DNA from: Opitutales bacterium
GTDB taxonomy: Bacteria > Verrucomicrobiota > Verrucomicrobiia > Opitutales > PNEW01
Length of the DNA stretch: 64,000 nucleotides
Direction of reading: 5' to 3'
Assembly (NCBI GenBank): GCA_965197745.1
Contig: CBDANS010000005.1
Coordinates: 160,001-224,000, forward strand
The position numbers and the translations under genes were made by a program. Below the pieces are notes generated by a model. It saw only the letters and a list, made by a program, of their open reading frames with translations. It ran no database searches and was not told the origin of the DNA. Shown piece by piece: positions 51,860 through 61,554 of this stretch; within the stretch, counting starts at the first letter, position 1, and each line of letters starts with the position of its first letter.

Positions 51860-53083
51860 ATGCTAAATAAGCAAGATACCCGAGGGGAAGTTATTTCAGC
51901 TTGTCAGTTTAAATCTAAAAAAACGGGCAAACCATATTGGGCTATTGAAGTAAAATGGGAACCACTAGAACTACCAATTTTAAGAAAAGCTGAAATCCCC
52001 CTTCCAGTTCCTGAGTTAGGGAAGGTACTTCACGGTGTTCAATTTACCACTAGTTATTTAGAAATAGAAAAGCTGAATAAACCTGAAAAATTCGATCGTA
52101 TTGTTTGTAAATATCGAATAAATGAAGTCAAAATTGCTAATAACGATAATTATTGCAGAAGAAGCTTTTACATCGAGGGTGGAAAACAAAATGCTGAATT
52201 TTCTAAGGAAAAATTTAAAACTATAATAGAGGATAGCGGTGTTGATGAACTTGTGAGTAATAAATGGCAAAGGCTATTACGACGAAATATAAAAATTAAA
52301 GATAAGGACAAAGCCCAAAATATCATAAATAAAATTTACAAAAACCAGCAAAAATTTTTCATGCAATTTGATGGAGTAAAATCATTACCAGAACATGTTT
52401 TTAGAGAATTGGAGGAAGAATACCTTGAGGAACAACGAAATTTGCTTAGGCAATACTTCCCCGATATTAAACCCGAGGATTATGATACTATTATAAAGTC
52501 CATGTATGATGATGATGAACCCGAAAAACCAGAAAAACCAGAAAAACCAGAAATCTTAATTACTGAAAAGACTTTGGGGGATGGTACACCTATTACCATT
52601 AAATCTAGATCAGTTGACCATCACAGCAATCGTGAAGAAGTGGCAACAGCTTTACTTCGAAAAGAATATCCTAATTTGTTCAATGCCATGGATGGCCTAT
52701 ATAGGGCAAAAAATAAGCCTGATAAAAAGAAATGGGCAGAAAAAGCGCGCCAGGGATTTATCGTAGATTTAAAAAAAAATACTGGGATTCAACTCAGTGC
52801 AGAAGGCGAGGCAGAACTCTTACGGGACAATGCTTTCATTAATATGCTAAATGAGGCCAATGAAAAACCAGGAAAGAAGCAAAATATAGTGGCCTGGGAA
52901 ATAATTATATACTGGATAAAAAAAGGTTACTATAAAATGAAAAATCAGGATTTGGCAGCGGCTGTCTTTAAAGCTACAGGAGAAAAATTAAAAGGAACAA
53001 CGCTTGCTAAGCGTGTAGGTAGACTTGGTTTAAAAACCGCTTTAAAAAGAGGACGTCCTGAGAAAAAAGAGGAATTATTTTAA
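51860..53083 (+). CDS. hypothetical lysine-rich protein, possible C-terminal HTH-like region
   Basis: Long ORF directly after the integrase; contains PEK tandem repeat; ends ...LAKRVGRLGL...RGRP; ATG 51860 preferred. Confidence 0.7.
   Translation: MLNKQDTRGEVISACQFKSKKTGKPYWAIEVKWEPLELPILRKAEIPLPVPELGKVLHGVQFTTSYLEIEKLNKPEKFDRIVCKYRINEVKIANNDNYCRRSFYIEGGKQNAEFSKEKFKTIIEDSGVDELVSNKWQRLLRRNIKIKDKDKAQNIINKIYKNQQKFFMQFDGVKSLPEHVFRELEEEYLEEQRNLLRQYFPDIKPEDYDTIIKSMYDDDEPEKPEKPEKPEILITEKTLGDGTPITIKSRSVDHHSNREEVATALLRKEYPNLFNAMDGLYRAKNKPDKKKWAEKARQGFIVDLKKNTGIQLSAEGEAELLRDNAFINMLNEANEKPGKKQNIVAWEIIIYWIKKGYYKMKNQDLAAAVFKATGEKLKGTTLAKRVGRLGLKTALKRGRPEKKEELF
52517..52552 (+). repeat. 9-bp tandem repeat (CCAGAAAAA-type) encoding EPEKPEKPEKPE
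   Basis: gaacccgaaaaaccagaaaaaccagaaaaaccagaa. Confidence 0.85.
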
Positions 53084-53158
53084 TTCGGACGAATTTAAAA
53101 AACATCGTCCGAAATACCCAACAAAATAACGCAAATCATTTATAGTGGTTTGCGTTAT
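53084..53158. promoter_or_regulatory. two adjacent inverted repeats upstream of the AlpA-like gene
   Basis: TTCGGACGA-N12-TCGTCCGAA (perfect) and ATAACGCAAATCA-N7-TGGTTTGCGTTAT (12/13). Confidence 0.55.
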
Positions 53159-53510
53159 GAAAATTTTAGAAAAAAATCCGACTAACGGCGGAAAAAAGAC
53201 CGTTAAAGAAGAGGCGGTAGTTATGACCGAGACTGCCTCGAATAATCGCCCTGAATGGATTCGGTTACCACAACCGAGTCGTCGTTGTCCTCACACTGGA
53301 CTTTCACGGTCCACGTTAAACGAGCTAACGATACCCGGCCCAGCCAATGACAATCGACCACCCGTAAAAAGTGTCGTTCTCAAAAAACGCGGTGCCATGC
53401 GGGGTATTCGGTTGATCAGCTATGACAGCTTGATGGCCTACTTAGAATCCCTCTCGGATAAAAATAATGTGCCCTCATCTAAGAAGAAAAAGGGGGATAT
53501 CAATGAATGA
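53157..53510 (+). CDS. AlpA/excisionase-like small DNA-binding protein
   Basis: PEWIRLP...TGLSRSTLNEL...RGIRLI...SL..YL; position in integrase module. Confidence 0.7.
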   Translation: MKILEKNPTNGGKKTVKEEAVVMTETASNNRPEWIRLPQPSRRCPHTGLSRSTLNELTIPGPANDNRPPVKSVVLKKRGAMRGIRLISYDSLMAYLESLSDKNNVPSSKKKKGDINE

Positions 53511-53628
53511 TACATGCCGACTAAAAAGCCCTCCCGCTGGCAGGTGAAAAGGGCATAAATCAACTAAAACTAAAAAAAGTAATATCACAAAAATAACACC
53601 TGTCAAGGTTCAGGAAATATATTATTTA

Positions 53629-54093
53629 TTGGGGTCAGAAGCGGTACTATTGCCTGTTCCATATAAGAAAAAAGGGTGTCGCAAATCCGAGTGGCAGAAA
53701 ACATCATCGAAAGATACGCAGACTACGGGATGGCAACGTGAACTTAACAAGGGGAATATTGCGGTTCTTACTGGTCAACCATCAAACGGTGTCGTAGCCA
53801 TAGACTTTGACAGTGATGAGAGCCTCAAGGAATTCCTTGCCCTTAATCCTGATTTAACCGAAAGCACGCGAACAAAAGGTAATCGCGGTGCCGTTATATG
53901 GATACGAGTCAAGGGTGATTATCCTGATCTTCGCATCTTTAAGATAGAAGACAATATTTTCGCGGAATGGAAGTCGACGGGAGGGCAGCAGAATATAAGT
54001 GGCATCCACCCCGAAGGGATTCCATATCGTTTCCATGTTATAAGCGGTTTAAGTAGATATCTGTTTAATAAACAAGCCACTCTAAAAATCTAA
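53629..54093 (+). pseudogene. bifunctional primase-polymerase (prim-pol) domain, apparently truncated
   Basis: LPV...KKG...WQ, GNIAVLTG, AIDFD, TRT..RG, SGIHPEG..Y; no helicase follows and upstream frame has stops. Confidence 0.7.
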
Positions 54094-54209
54094 GCAGTTT
54101 ATATAGTAAATAAAGATAATAAATATGGGACTAAGCTGACGGGACGAAAAGTTACGTCTCCCGATCTGCATTTCCCAAATCTTTAAATCGGGAGTTACCT
54201 GCACGAGAA

Positions 54210-54935
54210 ATGAATAAAAAGAGCAATCATAAAGTTGCCTCTGCAATAGAAAGTCTTAGGAAAAGGGATCCAGAGCTATTTGAACCGGGTGCTGATAAGA
54301 CAGGTATTGCCAATGACTACATAATTGACATTAGGAGACTAAAACGAGGTCAACCGGTGGTTATTTACTGCCGGGTCTCCGGGAATGTTCAAGAAAGTTC
54401 CCAAAACCTCAGCGATCAGGGTGAGAATTTAAAGAATGAGTTAAAGCAGCCGGAATTTGTAGTTCTTAAGATAATATCAGAAGTAGCTTCTGGCTGGAAG
54501 GAAGACCGTGATGGCCTCAAGTTAGCAGCAGAATATGCTCTTGCAAAAGACGCCGTTCTCGTTGCGGAGTCTGTTACGCGATTTATCCGAAACAAGGATT
54601 ACAACAGTAAGACAAACTGGAAAGTACGGCCCACCCAAGCAGATTATAGACGTTTACAACGTGATACGCACGGTGTGAAGCTTGCGACCTTAATTAATCC
54701 TGATGCCACCCCAGAGGAGATAAGATCTTATGAGACTAAGCGAGGTAAGAAATCAAAAGGCAATCCAGGTGGTCGTCCTAAGAAACGTGATCCTGGATAC
54801 AAAAAAAGGGAAAGACAGATGTATTTGCCAATAGTCTTAGAACGGTATAAACAGAACAAGAATATTGCAGCCATTGCTAGGAGTATGAATTTAAAATACG
54901 ACACAGTGTATAGCTGGATTGTGAAATTCTATTAA
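54210..54935 (+). CDS. serine recombinase (resolvase-like) with C-terminal HTH
   Basis: IYCRVS...Q...L..Q, EVASG, ES-TRFIR, GGRPK, IAAIARSMNLKYDTVYSW. Confidence 0.8.
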   Translation: MNKKSNHKVASAIESLRKRDPELFEPGADKTGIANDYIIDIRRLKRGQPVVIYCRVSGNVQESSQNLSDQGENLKNELKQPEFVVLKIISEVASGWKEDRDGLKLAAEYALAKDAVLVAESVTRFIRNKDYNSKTNWKVRPTQADYRRLQRDTHGVKLATLINPDATPEEIRSYETKRGKKSKGNPGGRPKKRDPGYKKRERQMYLPIVLERYKQNKNIAAIARSMNLKYDTVYSWIVKFY

Positions 54936-55099
54936 ATCTTTATTTTTTTATGTCCGTTAAGATATTTAATATATTTATCATGTTGGGTTCTAAATGGATG
55001 CATTACTATGTTAGCTGCTATAATTTGAAAGAAAGCGTTATACAAATACTATAGGTAATGGTGTGTTGCTGAGATGTTACATAGAGTAGAGTGGATGTT

Positions 55100-55391
55100 G
55101 CAGTTTTTTGAATAGATTAAATATGATGTTAGATCACTATAAGTGATGTATTGGTGAAAAGGATTAAAGGTATACATCAAATGGTGGGTGTAGCAGTTTT
55201 TGAGATAAATTAAATATGACGTTAGATTCGATAAGTGATGTAATTAGTGATGTGTAATTTAGATGTAATAGATTTGTGGATAGATTAAATATGATGTTAG
55301 ATCCTATAATTGATGTAGATAAAGATGATGTATTGGTGAAATAAATTATAATTGAAAAGGATTAAAACTATACATCAAATGGTAGGTGTAG
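55100..55391. repeat. AT-rich degenerate direct-repeat tract (A-B-A-A-B)
   Basis: Unit A ATAGATTAAATATGATGTTAGATC..ATAAGTGATGTA at ~55112, ~55205, ~55280; unit B GAAAAGGATTAAA..TATACATCAAATGGT.GGTGTAG at ~55156 and ~55354. Confidence 0.85.
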
Positions 55392-55603
55392 GGTTAATAA
55401 GGGGATAAGATAAAAGGTTATAATATTTTTTTCGTATTCTAGATTTAAATCATGCTTTAATGCTTAAGGTTCGTTAGCGAGAACCATAAGATGACTTTTT
55501 TTAATTCAAATTTTACCATCTTAGTTTTTATTCTTAAGTCAGGATTTAGTGATAACTTAATCACTTATTACTTGCTTCAGAACCGTTTCAAGGAATAAGG
55601 AAG

Positions 55604-56921
55604 TGGTCGGGTTACACAAACTGGTCCACCGGGAGAGTTAGTCTGGAGAGGTTAATGTTGAAGTTAAGTTGGTAGAGGAAGTCAAGGCTTGGGCGCAATG
55701 AGGGCGTAGCCCGAATGGAGCCCGAGCCTTCGGTATTGAGGTTTTCAGTGAAGTGCCGTGGAGTGATGTTGCCGAGGCTGCGGTGGGGTCGGACATGATT
55801 GTAAAGCCAGCGCCAATCTTCGATGACCACGCGGGCTTCGGTCAAAGTCCATAACTGTTCACGGTTTAAACACTCCTCGCGAAAACGGGCATGGAACGAT
55901 TCAATGTATCCGTTCTGCCAAGGGCTTGCTGGTTCGATATAGAGGGTTTTGATTTTCATCGCAGTTAGCCAGGCTCTCAATTGGCTTTCAATGAATGGCT
56001 TTGCATGTCGTCGCTTCGCTCCTCGGAACGGAACCGTTGTCGCTACGAATATATTTTGGCGGCCCATGCCGGTCGAGCAGTTTTTGCATGATACCGCGCA
56101 CCGTTTCCGCATTGATATGGCGATCAACATGGATCACCCGGCACTCGCGGGTGTACTCATCGAGCACGGTCAGCATTTTTAGACTGCCGCCGCGAACCGT
56201 CTTATCGTGGATAAAATCCCAGGTCCAAACATGGTCGGGATGTTCGGCCTTTGTCGGTAGCCCGGTGCAGACACCCCTGCGCCGGCGTCTTGGCTTGCGT
56301 GGGGGGATCGCCAGACCCAGTTCACGTCGCAGACCTTGCACGAGACGTTTACCCACCTGCCAGCCTTCGTCCTTCAACAGCTTCGTGATCTTGGGATAGC
56401 CCCACCTCGCGTATTGCCGTGATAACCGCCTTACTGCCGCTTTTAGTTTCGTTAGCCAGGCATCCGGATGCTTGGCCCTATACGCATAGGTGGAACGGTG
56501 CAGCCGAAAGTACCGGCACCCCGCTCGCATCGAACACTGGCCCCGAGTCACAAGTCTCTCTGCCACTTGCCGCTTGTGCCCAGGGCTTACAGTTTTTTTT
56601 CGAGGGTCTCCTGCAGGATCTCTATCCCCAGCATCTTGTCCGCCAGCATCCGTTTTAACCGCGCGTTCTCCTTCAAAGAGCTCCTTCATCCGCTTGGCCT
56701 GGTTGACATCAATCATCCCAAACTCACGTTTCCAGCGGTGGAAGGTCTGTTCGCTTATGTTGTTCTCGCGGCATGCTTCCAGGATCGTTTTCCCTTTGTC
56801 CGCCTGGCGCAGCATCCGTATTTTCTCTTCGGTCGTGTATCTTTTGCCTTTCATTGTCTGTGTCCTTTCTAGTTGGACCAGACTAACTTTTCAAGTGGAC
56901 CAGTTTTCGTGGTCACGACCA
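55604..56921 (-). mobile_element. IS3-family insertion sequence (IS407-like), full length but frame-disrupted
   Basis: About 44-bp imperfect IRs (TGGTCG...AAACTGGTCCAC...AGTTAGTCTGG), GAAG 4-bp target duplication, orfA HTH, A8 slip site 56593-56600, DDE motifs WTWDF / SDNG / WQNGYIESF. Confidence 0.93.
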
Positions 56922-58500
56922 GAAGGACCAGAGGATGAACTTTTTAATTAAGATGCTGGATTCCTCACACGATTAGAATACGGGGTTTTTACTCCCTCCG
57001 GGAACTAAGTTGCGCAAGGTGCAGACCCGAACGAAGAATCCCGGCTTGAAAGCGGACCCACTCGATGTGGATATCCCCACCTTTATGTGATAGTTATTAA
57101 TAAGACAGAATTAATGTATAATAGTCCTTGCTATTAGCGTTATCATTTATAGCGATTTTCCCGCTAATCCCTTCCGGGGTCCATTGACTTTAGAGGTATT
57201 TCTCATCCCTCTACGGCCATAAGGTTTTTAGCCATTGATGGAAATAAATGAGAAAGAGACTTCGGAATTGCCCATTATGCCTAATCTCAAAGAGAAGCCC
57301 GACCCCAAAGATAAGTGGAGATAACCATGACCTTGGCACATTGTTTTTTCTCATCAATAACCTGTTTAAAGTAGAGCATAAAAAGTCCCCTATTAATATC
57401 TCAATTTTTGCCCATGCATTTACCCTGATATAAAAAGGAAGTGGTCAGTTAAGTAATAAGTTCCTTTTTAGGATAGGGATTGGATGTGAGCACGCTTTAA
57501 AAACAGTATATGGTTATGTAGTAAGAGACTTGGTTAGCATAGATGTTACCCAGTATCACATTTTCATTTTCCACTGGGTTAAAGCGGTAATAATGCCCGT
57601 TTTTCCTTCCCCAGAGAGACCAGAAATTTATGGAAATTTACGAGGGTGCGGGAGGGTCGTGGACGACGGCCTGTTTACAACGTCGTCGAAAGAAGTCCTC
57701 AAAGACATTAACTTTGGAAAAATTTTCCCCAGGGGGAGTATTAATCAAAAAATTGAACACCGTGAATTTTACGAACACGTAATAATAAGTAGGTGTGGGG
57801 CACACCATACTTTTTCTAATTTGGTGTAACGAAGGAACGCCCCGGACTGATATTTGAATTAAAGACACGAGTCAAAAAAGGATTAACAATGAATGACTAA
57901 CCAAAGATTATTGAGGATTGCATCAGGGAGCTCGCGGAGCGTGAGGTTATCGAGGAGACAAAGAACGATGTGACAATGAGGCAAAGCAGGACGGAGCGTT
58001 TGAGGATAGAATCCTCGGGGAGAGTTATTCCTGACCCATGGCGATGCGATAACTCTCACCGAAGTTTTTGGGGTGATTAACCGTTGGGACCCGGTCCCCA
58101 CGGGACAAAATCCCACATGGTAGCAAACTCGGAGAATTCGCCACACACGGCCTTTTGACCTCGAAATTGAACAATATAACGCTTTCTATAAGAAAACGTT
58201 ACGTTGAGGGCATAGATCGACGCTCCAAGGCCTCAATGCGACGCAACCCCATCTCAAAAACAACATCCACCGGGACTAGCTCCAAAAGGATGAAAATAAG
58301 TAGCCTCAAAACAATGATGCATAGGCGTAGAGATCTCCAAAGGGTAAAAGCAAAGAGAGAGCTCGGAGTTAGGATAGGGATACCGGGACATCAAAACCGA
58401 TGCGGCGTGACATCGGAAAATAAAAAAGTGGTGAAGGGGTTTAGAGGATAGTGGAGCATAACAACCTCAAGCAGGTATGATGCAACCCGGGACCCGGAGG

Positions 58501-58558
58501 CCTTTCTAGGTTACCAAGACTAACTTTTCAAGGGGCTCAGTTTCCGTGGTCTCGACCA
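58501..58558 (-). mobile_element. isolated left end of a related IS3 element
   Basis: cctttctaggttaccaagactaacttttcaag...cagtttccgtggtctcgacca closely matches 56864-56921; no transposase follows. Confidence 0.8.
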
Positions 58559-58740
58559 CCCTTGAAGAGTATAAAAATGCTTTCAACCACGTGATCTAAT
58601 TAAAAGAACATTCATATTCCTCGCGTGTCATTTTACTGATCCCTTTTAATAATTCGATTCTTAGTGATTATATGATTGAAATAGACCATTAGATCCATTC
58701 CCTTTTTTATCAGCCATATCAACTGAGACCAGGAGAGTAA

Positions 58741-60969
58741 ATGAACCTAAAAAAGCTTGATACTGTAACCTCGGTATTGCTGACCATTCCCTTATTTATT
58801 CAAGCCGCGCCTCAAGACCAGGAAATATTTCTCGATTTTGAAAATGTCGAAGGAACTGGAGATTTTAGACTCGGCGAACCACCGAATGACATCCAGTTTC
58901 TCGGCTTTACGATAGAGACATTAGAAGATCCGACACTTTTACACTCAGGATCGAAAGCTTTAACTCTTGGGCCCGGCCAGGAAGGAAGAATCATAAGCAA
59001 CCGAGGGATTAATACGATTGAATTTTACGCAGCTGAATCAACAGGCGGTGGCAAAATCGAGATCAGAGGTTTAGTTAATTCAGAAGGAGGAGCAGCCGGT
59101 GGATTACCTGAAGTTATTACCGTAATATCAGAAAATGGTGAGGTTGAAGGACTGCCGGCCAACATCAGCCCTGACGCCAACCCCCCATTGCAAAGCTTTG
59201 TCGCTGACAGTGGCAATTTTCTTGATGGAACTGACCTGGAATTTATTGAAGGGATAAAAGATGTGAAGATCCTCAATGTTTCAGGTAAATTTTCTATCGA
59301 TGATCTTGGCTACACACTCACAGATAAGCCTTCTAATAATAGCGTCTTTACCCGGTTTGAGGAATTTGGAGTCGGTGATGGTTTATCGGGTCCTATTACA
59401 ATGGGAACATCTCCCAATTCAGCCACCTTTGATGGGGGCCAGATTGTAGCCTCTGTTTCGTGTGCATGTGGATTAATTTACTCGCAATCGCAAGGTTATG
59501 CGATTCGAAATGGAGAGGAATTCACGGTCACCTTTGAAACCCCGGCTTATGAAGTAGATTTTTACGCACAGAATGTAGTCAGAGTACAGTTGCAAGATCC
59601 CGATGGCTCATTTGAAGTCTACGATACTAATAATAACCTGATCGGGACCTTCACTAATTTTGAATCGAGTCTTAATCCGCAATTTAAACCCAATTTTTTT
59701 ACCCTCAACGCGGTGGAATTGGGAGCGCCAGGCGGCATTGGCAGGCTTGTTTTTAAGGACGATCCCGATTTGAACGATGATGTATTTAGCCATTCAGGTA
59801 TAGACGACTTTGGCTTTACGCCGATCGGCGCTCTGGGAACTGGCGGGGCCCCTCCGGTAGAAGGCCCGTCCATTACCACCCAGCCGGCGAGCCAGGAAGT
59901 GCCAGCCGGCACCTCGGTTACCGTATCGGTTACCGCCAGTGGCGACGGCCTTACTTACCAGTGGTATCTTGGTAACAGTGGCGACACCTCTAACCCCGTA
60001 GACGGGGCCACCACCAGCACCTTTAACAAAGGAGAAGTAAACGAGAATTCGAGTTGCTGGGTGCGGGTAAGCCAGGTATCGGGAGCTAGTGTGGATAGTG
60101 ATGCCGCCGTCATCACCGTCGCAGCCCCGGCCGTGCCCCTCGTGCTTGACGGAACAGGTGATATCGCCGGGGAGAACATCCAGCATCCTAATGGTAACGT
60201 CTTCGACCAAATCTTACTCACCGGAGAAACCATCCAGTTACAGGCCAGACCGGATCAGATTACTCGCGTCTCCTTTATGGATGAAACCGAGGACATTGTG
60301 CAGGTTGAGTTCTCTGGCGCAGGATCCTTTACCGTAAACCTGGACGCTGCCACCTTCCTGCCACCGGCCATACCCCCGCGCTATAACCAGTCCGTAGAGT
60401 ATGTGACGGGCAAGCCGAGTGTGGTGATCGATGGAGCGGACTCCAGTTCCTTCTTCAGCATCTTCACCGTGGGAAGGATCAACGCGGTGAACCAGGCGCT
60501 ATTCCCCGAGGGACAGATCTATGACGCCCAGGCGGACGTAACCCTGGTGGAAGTGATCAACTCCACGGGCATGGGAGGGATGCAGTTATCGAACACGGTA
60601 TTTAGTGGAAGCACCGGCAAGGTCGGTGTCGATGCGCGCGGGGTACCGATCGGGGTACGTTTAACTGTCGGTGATATCGATGCTGACGGCGATGCGGTAC
60701 CGCACCTCTTGTTTGGAGAGGGATCCTTCACGATACCCGCGGGCAACCCCGGGTTGCGGATCACTGGAGGAGACTTAGCACAGACGAACGGAGCTGCGGT
60801 CGTGGTAGCAGAGAGCGGATCGACGACAACGGGATTTGATACCCTGATTACGCAGAACAACTTCAAATCGGACAATACCCCTCAACCGACACAGAGCATC
60901 AATGCTACCTTTGCTAACGAGAACGGTGATGACATCGCAGTGACGACTGAAGAGGTAACGATTGAGTAA
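58741..60969 (+). CDS. secreted modular protein, paralog P3 (two repeat domains + Ig-like + conserved C-terminal domain)
   Basis: Signal-like N-terminus; PSITTQPAS...LTYQWY Ig-like; C-terminal 277 aa align gaplessly with P1. Confidence 0.85.
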   Translation: MNLKKLDTVTSVLLTIPLFIQAAPQDQEIFLDFENVEGTGDFRLGEPPNDIQFLGFTIETLEDPTLLHSGSKALTLGPGQEGRIISNRGINTIEFYAAESTGGGKIEIRGLVNSEGGAAGGLPEVITVISENGEVEGLPANISPDANPPLQSFVADSGNFLDGTDLEFIEGIKDVKILNVSGKFSIDDLGYTLTDKPSNNSVFTRFEEFGVGDGLSGPITMGTSPNSATFDGGQIVASVSCACGLIYSQSQGYAIRNGEEFTVTFETPAYEVDFYAQNVVRVQLQDPDGSFEVYDTNNNLIGTFTNFESSLNPQFKPNFFTLNAVELGAPGGIGRLVFKDDPDLNDDVFSHSGIDDFGFTPIGALGTGGAPPVEGPSITTQPASQEVPAGTSVTVSVTASGDGLTYQWYLGNSGDTSNPVDGATTSTFNKGEVNENSSCWVRVSQVSGASVDSDAAVITVAAPAVPLVLDGTGDIAGENIQHPNGNVFDQILLTGETIQLQARPDQITRVSFMDETEDIVQVEFSGAGSFTVNLDAATFLPPAIPPRYNQSVEYVTGKPSVVIDGADSSSFFSIFTVGRINAVNQALFPEGQIYDAQADVTLVEVINSTGMGGMQLSNTVFSGSTGKVGVDARGVPIGVRLTVGDIDADGDAVPHLLFGEGSFTIPAGNPGLRITGGDLAQTNGAAVVVAESGSTTTGFDTLITQNNFKSDNTPQPTQSINATFANENGDDIAVTTEEVTIE

Positions 60970-61177
60970 CTCTTCAAGGCATATCTAGGGTATACCCCAG
61001 CCCATCAAAACGCTCTCACTACTCACTGTGGCTTGCAAATGGTTAGGGAGAAAAGCCCCTCACACTGCCTTTTGCTTCATCATTTACAAGTTAAGGTAGT
61101 GGCTCCAGACTGAAGGTCCAATTCCCTAACGAGCATTCGCCGTGTCCGGCTTAATCCAGCTAAATATTGATGGCATT

Positions 61178-61528
61178 ATGGAAAACATTCTTCACCACCT
61201 TATTATCCTTATCACTATTCTTTTCCTCACAAACCATTCTCTCTTGGCAGACAATAATAATGATAGCGACCAGGGAAAACAAGAACTGCTCATTACTGGA
61301 TCAGAAGCAGACTTGGGACAAGGGACAATTTTAATAACCGGTTTTAATTTCTCCCTGGGTTCAGGTTTTGATGGTGAAGTGCAATTATTTTTTCCACCAG
61401 AGGATGGTGAAGCAATCTTAAAGTATCTCAACGAGAACAACTGTCATAAAGTTCCTTATGAAACTGTATTTTACAGCATTTTAGGAGATGCAATCATCCG
61501 CAGTTTCAGTTATTTACCTCCCTCGTAA
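61178..61528 (+). pseudogene. N-terminal fragment of a secreted protein (probably the head of a collagen-like protein)
   Basis: Signal peptide then LLITGSEADLGQGTILITGFNF; sequence after ~61413 looks unrelated. Confidence 0.5.
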
Positions 61529-61554
61529 AAAAATACTTTTGAACAATTTGTCCG

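Larger units (their letters stand above)
50562..55400. mobile_element. tRNA-integrated element core (satellite/IME-like); right boundary not seen in window
   Basis: att fragment, tyrosine integrase, hypothetical, AlpA-like, prim-pol, serine recombinase, repeat tract; visibly more AT-rich. Confidence 0.75.

Noticed and set aside
55100..55391. CRISPR array
   Set aside because: Repeats are degenerate, of two types, irregularly spaced, lack unique spacers, and no cas genes are present.
50695..55400. Complete prophage or conjugative element
   Set aside because: No structural, packaging, lysis, relaxase or T4SS genes are visible in the window.
57595..57627. Walker A-like ISGLSGEGKTG on the minus strand
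   Set aside because: Sits in a short stop-bounded frame with no Walker B or other NTPase context; probably chance.
5784..60969. Diversity-generating retroelement acting on the paralogs
   Set aside because: No reverse transcriptase in the window, and P1/P3 differences are mostly synonymous or conservative rather than adenine-specific.
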